A DNA stretch of 64,000 nucleotides, taken from assembly GCA_051382335.1 (NCBI GenBank), contig JBBCAX010000253.1:10552-74551 (forward strand). Direction: 5' to 3'. The position numbers and the translations under genes were made by a program. The notes beneath the pieces are model-generated. The model worked only from the letters and a program-made list of their open reading frames with translations, was not told where the DNA came from and made no database searches. This stretch comes from Deltaproteobacteria bacterium TL4. GTDB lineage: Bacteria; SAR324; NAC60-12. This document shows positions 58,672-64,000 of the stretch, one piece after another (the stretch's first letter is position 1; each line of letters opens with the position of its first letter).

Positions 58672-61600
58672 ATGCCCTATTGTAATAATTGTAATCATCC
58701 ACTAAATGAATCTGACTTCCGACAGGGGAAATGCCCTTTCTGCCATGCTGCTTCAGGAGTGTTAACAGACAAGGGTAAAGTGCGTTCTTCAGGTCAATTT
58801 GCTTTGCTCAAGCCTCGTCTCATTTCTTTCCCCAATGATCCTTACCATCCGGATGCCGCTTATGAACTGATTGAAAAAACGGAGGAAGATGAGTTCGTCG
58901 AGACCTATTTAGCGAGGCAGGTTAATGTCAATCGGAGGGTGACCGTACTGAAATTGCTCAAGGAACAATGGGTCAAGTCTAGGTCGTCCAAAACATGCCT
59001 TTTTGATGTGATTTTTTTGCCCACTTTTTGGCCCTCTGAAAAATTGGAGGAAACCCGTAGAAAATAAGGGTTCGTGAGCCATTCTTGCAGGTCCATTTTT
59101 TGAGCAGGCTATTTTGGCCGATTTAGACGACCTAGGTCAAGTCCGATCGCAAAGACACGTTTTTAACGGAATCCACCATTCTGATTAATCTCAACCATCC
59201 CAATATCCTTTCAGTTTATGATACAGGGCTGGATCAAAAGGAACGCCCTTTTTACACACTGGAAGCGGTTCCTGGTTCTTTGTGGAGCGATTCGATCCAG
59301 AAACTGCCTTGGCGGGAAAACCTGGGGTATCTGCGCCGGATTGCGGATGCTCTTCAGCACGCTCATTCTCGTGGAGTGGTTCACCGCGATGTCAATCCTC
59401 AACATTTGATCCTTGGAAAAGAAGGTCAGGTCATTCTCACCGGTTGGAAAAATGCCACTTGGACCACACAAGAAGGAATCATTGCGTCTGGTCGTGGTTC
59501 GGTGTTGACAGGAATCCTGGAATATATGCCTCCAGAGGTAGCCAAAGGGGAGGTGACCAAGATCGGGATTCAAAGCGATGTTTATCAGTTGGGAGGCCTC
59601 CTGTTCGAAATTCTCACCGGTAAAAAACCCCATCAGGGGACTACTCCGGTGGAAGGCCTCAATGCGGCTGCCGAAAACAGAATCCAAGCTACGGATTCTC
59701 AAAGTGGTCTGCTCGAAGTGGCAACCAAGGCCTTGGCGACGAACCTTGAAGATCGCTATACCTCGGTTCATGAATTTCTGAAGGATCTCAAGCAACACCT
59801 GGTGAATGATGAAAGTTTAAATCTGTCTGAAGAAGCCAAAGTAACATTACAGCAGGCTCAACAAACTCAGGACTATGACGATTTTTCTACAGCCTTGGTT
59901 GATTTCAGAAAAGCCTTGAAAATATGGCCGGAAAACCCAGAAGCCCTGGTCGGAGAACAGAAAACCTTACTAGCCTACGCTCAATGTGCCCTGGAAAAAC
60001 ACAATCCCGGCTTGGCGGCCTCACTTTTGGATGAAAACAATCCCAAGCATGAGGAAGTTTATCAAAAAATTCGGAAAGCTTTCAAAATGCGGGAAATCAA
60101 GGAACGACGGGGAATCTGGATCACCCGGTTTGCTGCGTTTTTTGGAATTCTGATGGCTCTGGTGGCGGGCTTGTCCTTTTTGGAGATCTCCGCTGAAAAA
60201 GACAAGGTGAATCAGGAACGGATCAAAGTCCTGACCATTCAAAAGCGGGAAGAGACGCAACGAAAAGAAGCAGAAAAATACGATTATTATACCCACATCA
60301 GCCTGGCAAATAATCAAATTCAGCAAGGGCAACTCAAAGCGGGACTGGAACAACTCCACCAGACGCCAACTGAATATCGGGGATGGGAATATGGACGAAC
60401 CCTTCAACTCACCCTGACTGATTTATTGACCTTGGAGGCTCATCCATCCGGAGTCTCCGCATTAGCCTTCAGTCCAGACGGTCAACTTCTGGTCTCTGCC
60501 TCCTCTGGAAGTCGAGAAATCAAACTTTGGAATGTTTCTACCGCGAAGCTGCGTTCCCAATTCACTCACCATTCCTCCGGAATCAGCAGTCTCGAATTTA
60601 GTCCTGCTGGAGATCGCCTTCTCACCGCGAGTTGGGATAAAACTTATGGAATCATTGATGTTCAAAGCGGTGAATTACTGCTTCAGATTAACGCTCAAAG
60701 CAACCCCCTGATCTCTGCGGCTTTCAGTCCCGACGGAAAACATATTCTTTCCGTCGGTCTGGATGGAGTGGTTAAAGTCTGGGATGCGATTTCAGAGATC
60801 GAAATTACTCAGTTTCTAATGCCCTCTGGAAAAATCAGCACGGCGGCCTGGTTAGAAGAACCTACGAAAATTTTTATGGGAAGCCAAACCGGGGAGCTGT
60901 TTGTATGGGATTTTGTTTCCAATCAACGATCGGATTTATCCCTCAAGGATGACTCGTCTACAGCCTTGGCCGTTGACTCAAAGAAAAGTTGGTTGGCACT
61001 GGGGAGAGAAGAGGGAAGCATTGAGGTGTATGATCTTCAAAGCAAAAAACAAGTTTTGAAACTGGATTCAAAGTTCAATGTTCCCTGGACGATGTTAAAG
61101 TTTTCTCAAGACGGTCAAGGCTTGCTTTCTGGGAATCCGAAGGGAGAAGTCGCCCTTTGGAATTTGAATTCAGGAACGTTGGAAAGCCTATTCAAGGGAC
61201 ACACCGAAGCGGTTCAATCCCTTGCCTTTCATCCTAAAGGAAGAATAGTCAGCACTGGAAGTTCCGATGGGAGCATTAAATTCTGGGATCGAACTCAAGA
61301 GGTTTCCGTCATAACACGAAAAGTTCATGAGCATGGGTTCTCTTCCTTGAAAGGGCGCAAAAACGACGTGGGGTCCTCCCGCCTTCTCCTGTCCTCAAGC
61401 TGGAAGGGCGCGATCAAACTGGTGAGGTTGAGAGGCCGGTTATACTCGAAAAGCAAAGTGTTGTTTCAGCGCGAAGGCGATGGCCTTCCAGTCGTTGATA
61501 TAGCGTTATCGGACGACGGAAAACTGATGCTGATCGCCAAACAAAACGGAGATCTTGAGTTCCTCAGTGGAACGGATTATGCCCAAAGTAGAACCCTGAC

Positions 61601-62624
61601 GACGGGACTGAGTAGTCTCAATCTCATGGCTCTGTCTCCTGACCAGCAGGAGGTGACGGTTGGTGATAAAGACGGTGGGGTTCTCATTCTGAATCTGCAA
61701 AGCGGCAGTCCCCAATTCCGATTAAACGGACACCGTGGCGCCATCAATGCCATCGCGTACAGTCCTGATGGAAAGCTGATTCTGACTGGGGGAACGCAGA
61801 ATTCTAAGCAACATTTGAGCAAAAGCGATTCCAGCAGCGTGCGAATTTGGGATGCTAAAACCGGTGCTGAAATCCAAAAAATTAACTATGACAAAGATGT
61901 TTCTTCACTGGTTTGGAGTCCCGATGGTAAAACTTTTCTCACCACCAGCTCCGAAGACAAAACCGCTCGACTTTGGAATTTAAAAAAGGGCCACCTCCTG
62001 CAAGTCTATCAAGGACATTCCGGCAGCGTTTTGTTCGCTGCGTTTCATCCCGACGGAAAACGAATCATAACCGCAGGAAGTGACAAGCATATCATTCTTT
62101 GGGATGTGACCACGGGGCATCAGATCCTGAGCATTGAGACTCCGGATGGCGTATCGGGAAACTTATGCTTCAGTTCCAACGGCTTGGAATTGTGGACCGC
62201 TGATTTTCAGGGAAAGGTGAAGATTTATCCTGCAGCGGACTGGAACAAGTCGATAAAAACCTTGAACGAAGAAAAGTTAACCCGTTGGCAGAAAGAGTCT
62301 TCTGCTATCCTTAAAGAACCTCAGCGAGTGGCAAAAGAGGAAATTCAACCTCTGCCAACCACGGAAAAATGGGTGCGGTATAAATCCGCAGCGCAAGAAC
62401 AGTCTTTAAAGTTCAGCGACCCTGTTCACGAAGGCGTAATGAAGAAGATCCTGAGTGTTCGTGCGGATTTCTGGCCTCCCTTTAACGGCGATCCGAAAGC
62501 CTCCCGTCCGGGTTATATGATTGAGGTGCTCAAAGCCATTTTTGAACCGCAAGGATATGTGGTGGATTATCAGATCCTCTCGTGGGACCAAGCTTTGGAA
62601 AGCGTTCGCAAAGGCGAGTTTGAT
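58672..62624 (+). pseudogene. Zn-ribbon / kinase-like / TM / WD40 / solute-binding-protein gene, interrupted by a MITE and truncated by an IS
   Basis: Removing 58979..59135 plus one 7-bp duplication restores QWVKS|DRKDTFLTESTIL..HPNIL in frame. WD40 repeats follow; the ADFWPPFN SBP family-3 start is cut at 62625. Confidence 0.85.
58979..59135. mobile_element. 157-bp MITE with 7-bp target duplication
   Basis: CTAGGTCGTCCAAA ... TTTAGACGACCTAG; GTCAAGT at 58972-58978 and 59136-59142. Confidence 0.88.
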
Positions 62625-64000
62625 CTAGGTCGTCCAAATCAGTTTGATTTTTTTCCCCACTTTTTGGAACTCTCACCAATGTAGAGAGACTCTATGCTGT
62701 GATAGGTCCAATAGTTTTCAGGGTTAGCCTGTTTTTTCACATTGAAGAACTCCCGTTTTAGAAGGCCCTATGTTATTCGAAAAAGTATCTGAAATGTTTA
62801 AGTTTATTACATTATTTGACCGGTTTCTGGACTTAGGGATAAGTTCAAAATATCCATTATTCGCATCTGGGTTATCCTGAATAGTTTCCAGCGATCCTGG
62901 GGAGGGCAGAATGTTTCGCCGTTGTTTGGTCAATGAAGGGATCATTTTTTCAATTTTTTGTTGTTCCATACACGAAATTTCCAAGAGGAGTTGTGCCTCC
63001 TTTTTATTAAATTCACCACTCATTGCGGGGATTCGTAAGGCAATACGATGGGCGTCTTGGATGGTTCCGGTTCCCCGCTGCTTAGCGAGACCAAATAAAG
63101 ATTCAATCATATCTGAGGTAATGGGCATGCCGATCGATTGGAGTTGTAGCTGTTTAGCAATGATGAGTTGTTGATCGAACCATTGAAGGATTCCAACTCG
63201 AACTGAGGATCTGTTGGGGATCTGTTGGATGTACGGAAGACAGGTTTGGTAACTCTCCAAGCTGAGGCCTTCGGTTTTGACAATCTTCTGACACTCTAAA
63301 AGGGCTGTCGCATCTCGCAAAAATCGCTGAATGAAGGTTTTACACTCTGGGAGTTTTCCCAGACTTTTTCGTAGTTTCTCTAGATTTGAGTGCTTGGCAG
63401 CACGTCCTTTGGGCGAATGTTTCAAGATTTGGTTGGCCCATTTAATAAGGCGATGTAAATTCATGAAGCGCGCTTTGGTCGATACTTTGGGAGGCGTCAA
63501 GAATGCCAATACAGTTTGTTTGAATCCTTTGGACGCTTGTCCACAGGCGGATAGGAAAGTTTGGAAGAGAGGATGATTTTGATATTCATGTTTCAGTAGC
63601 TTGGCAATAGCGTGAGAAATATCGCTAATCATCTCGCTGCCCATTCCTCTTTCGGTTAAAAGTCTCACAGCTTTAGATAAATCGCATCCACCATCTTTGA
63701 GATAGGCGAGGGGGCGACCATAAACAGCGATCACACGACTCAAAAATTCCGCGATTTTTTCGCCAGTCCACGAGACCGATACGGCTACGGCAAGACAGTT
63801 CACTTCGGAGAGAGTTGGGGCGCCCGGATGTAGAGCATGATGGTTTGCGTTGAGTCCGAGAATCGTCAGTATTTTACCGGCGCCTAAACCAATGCTGATA
63901 TCAATAATCCAGATCTGGCCGTTGGAAAAGGCCAAAGGGTGTGGTAACGATAAAGATGGTCGGACCTGGTTCTGAAGACGAAGGATAGATAGACGAGTAA
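62625..64000 (-). mobile_element. Insertion sequence (family not assigned), running off the window end
   Basis: Begins CTAGGTCGTCCAAA, the same end as the 58979 MITE; truncates the host gene; contains a transposase ORF. Confidence 0.8.
62724..63998 (-). CDS. Putative DDE transposase, 5' end outside the window
   Basis: WIIDISI, YLKDGG.DL, SDISH, RFMN and SDMIESLFG; the frame stays open to the window edge. Confidence 0.7.
   Translation of the reverse strand, partial: TRLSILRLQNQVRPSLSLPHPLAFSNGQIWIIDISIGLGAGKILTILGLNANHHALHPGAPTLSEVNCLAVAVSVSWTGEKIAEFLSRVIAVYGRPLAYLKDGGCDLSKAVRLLTERGMGSEMISDISHAIAKLLKHEYQNHPLFQTFLSACGQASKGFKQTVLAFLTPPKVSTKARFMNLHRLIKWANQILKHSPKGRAAKHSNLEKLRKSLGKLPECKTFIQRFLRDATALLECQKIVKTEGLSLESYQTCLPYIQQIPNRSSVRVGILQWFDQQLIIAKQLQLQSIGMPITSDMIESLFGLAKQRGTGTIQDAHRIALRIPAMSGEFNKKEAQLLLEISCMEQQKIEKMIPSLTKQRRNILPSPGSLETIQDNPDANNGYFELIPKSRNRSNNVINLNISDTFSNNIGPSKTGVLQCEKTG

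Overview
Bacterial chromosomal window, moderately AT-rich. Gene content suggests a deltaproteobacterial or SAR324-like organism; this is inference only. The core is a minus-strand housekeeping block: rpsB-tsf-pyrH-frr-mraY-fabG, then nadA-nadB-nadC-uppS-cdsA-dxr-rseP. About 19 kb of other genes separate frr from uppS. Notable accessory loci: (1) a ~2110-aa AsmA-family protein built from six tandem modules with an 11-mer amphipathic tail, followed by a Ser/Thr kinase-AAA-GAF-PP2C protein; (2) a redox operon with a heme-c sensor kinase, a membrane-anchored receiver fused to a lysine-less GcvH-like domain, a pentaheme cytochrome c, a HybA-like and an NrfD-like subunit; (3) an FGE-sulfatase/CLec lipoprotein whose 3' end has the codon signature of a DGR variable region; (4) a 7TM-DISM receptor with an RsbW-like output; (5) a pseudokinase-WD40 gene hit twice by one IS family. 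Intergenic DNA is dense with miniature IS derivatives from several unrelated end families, most carrying REP-like palindrome doublets and often nested. No rRNA, tRNA, CRISPR array or reverse transcriptase was seen.
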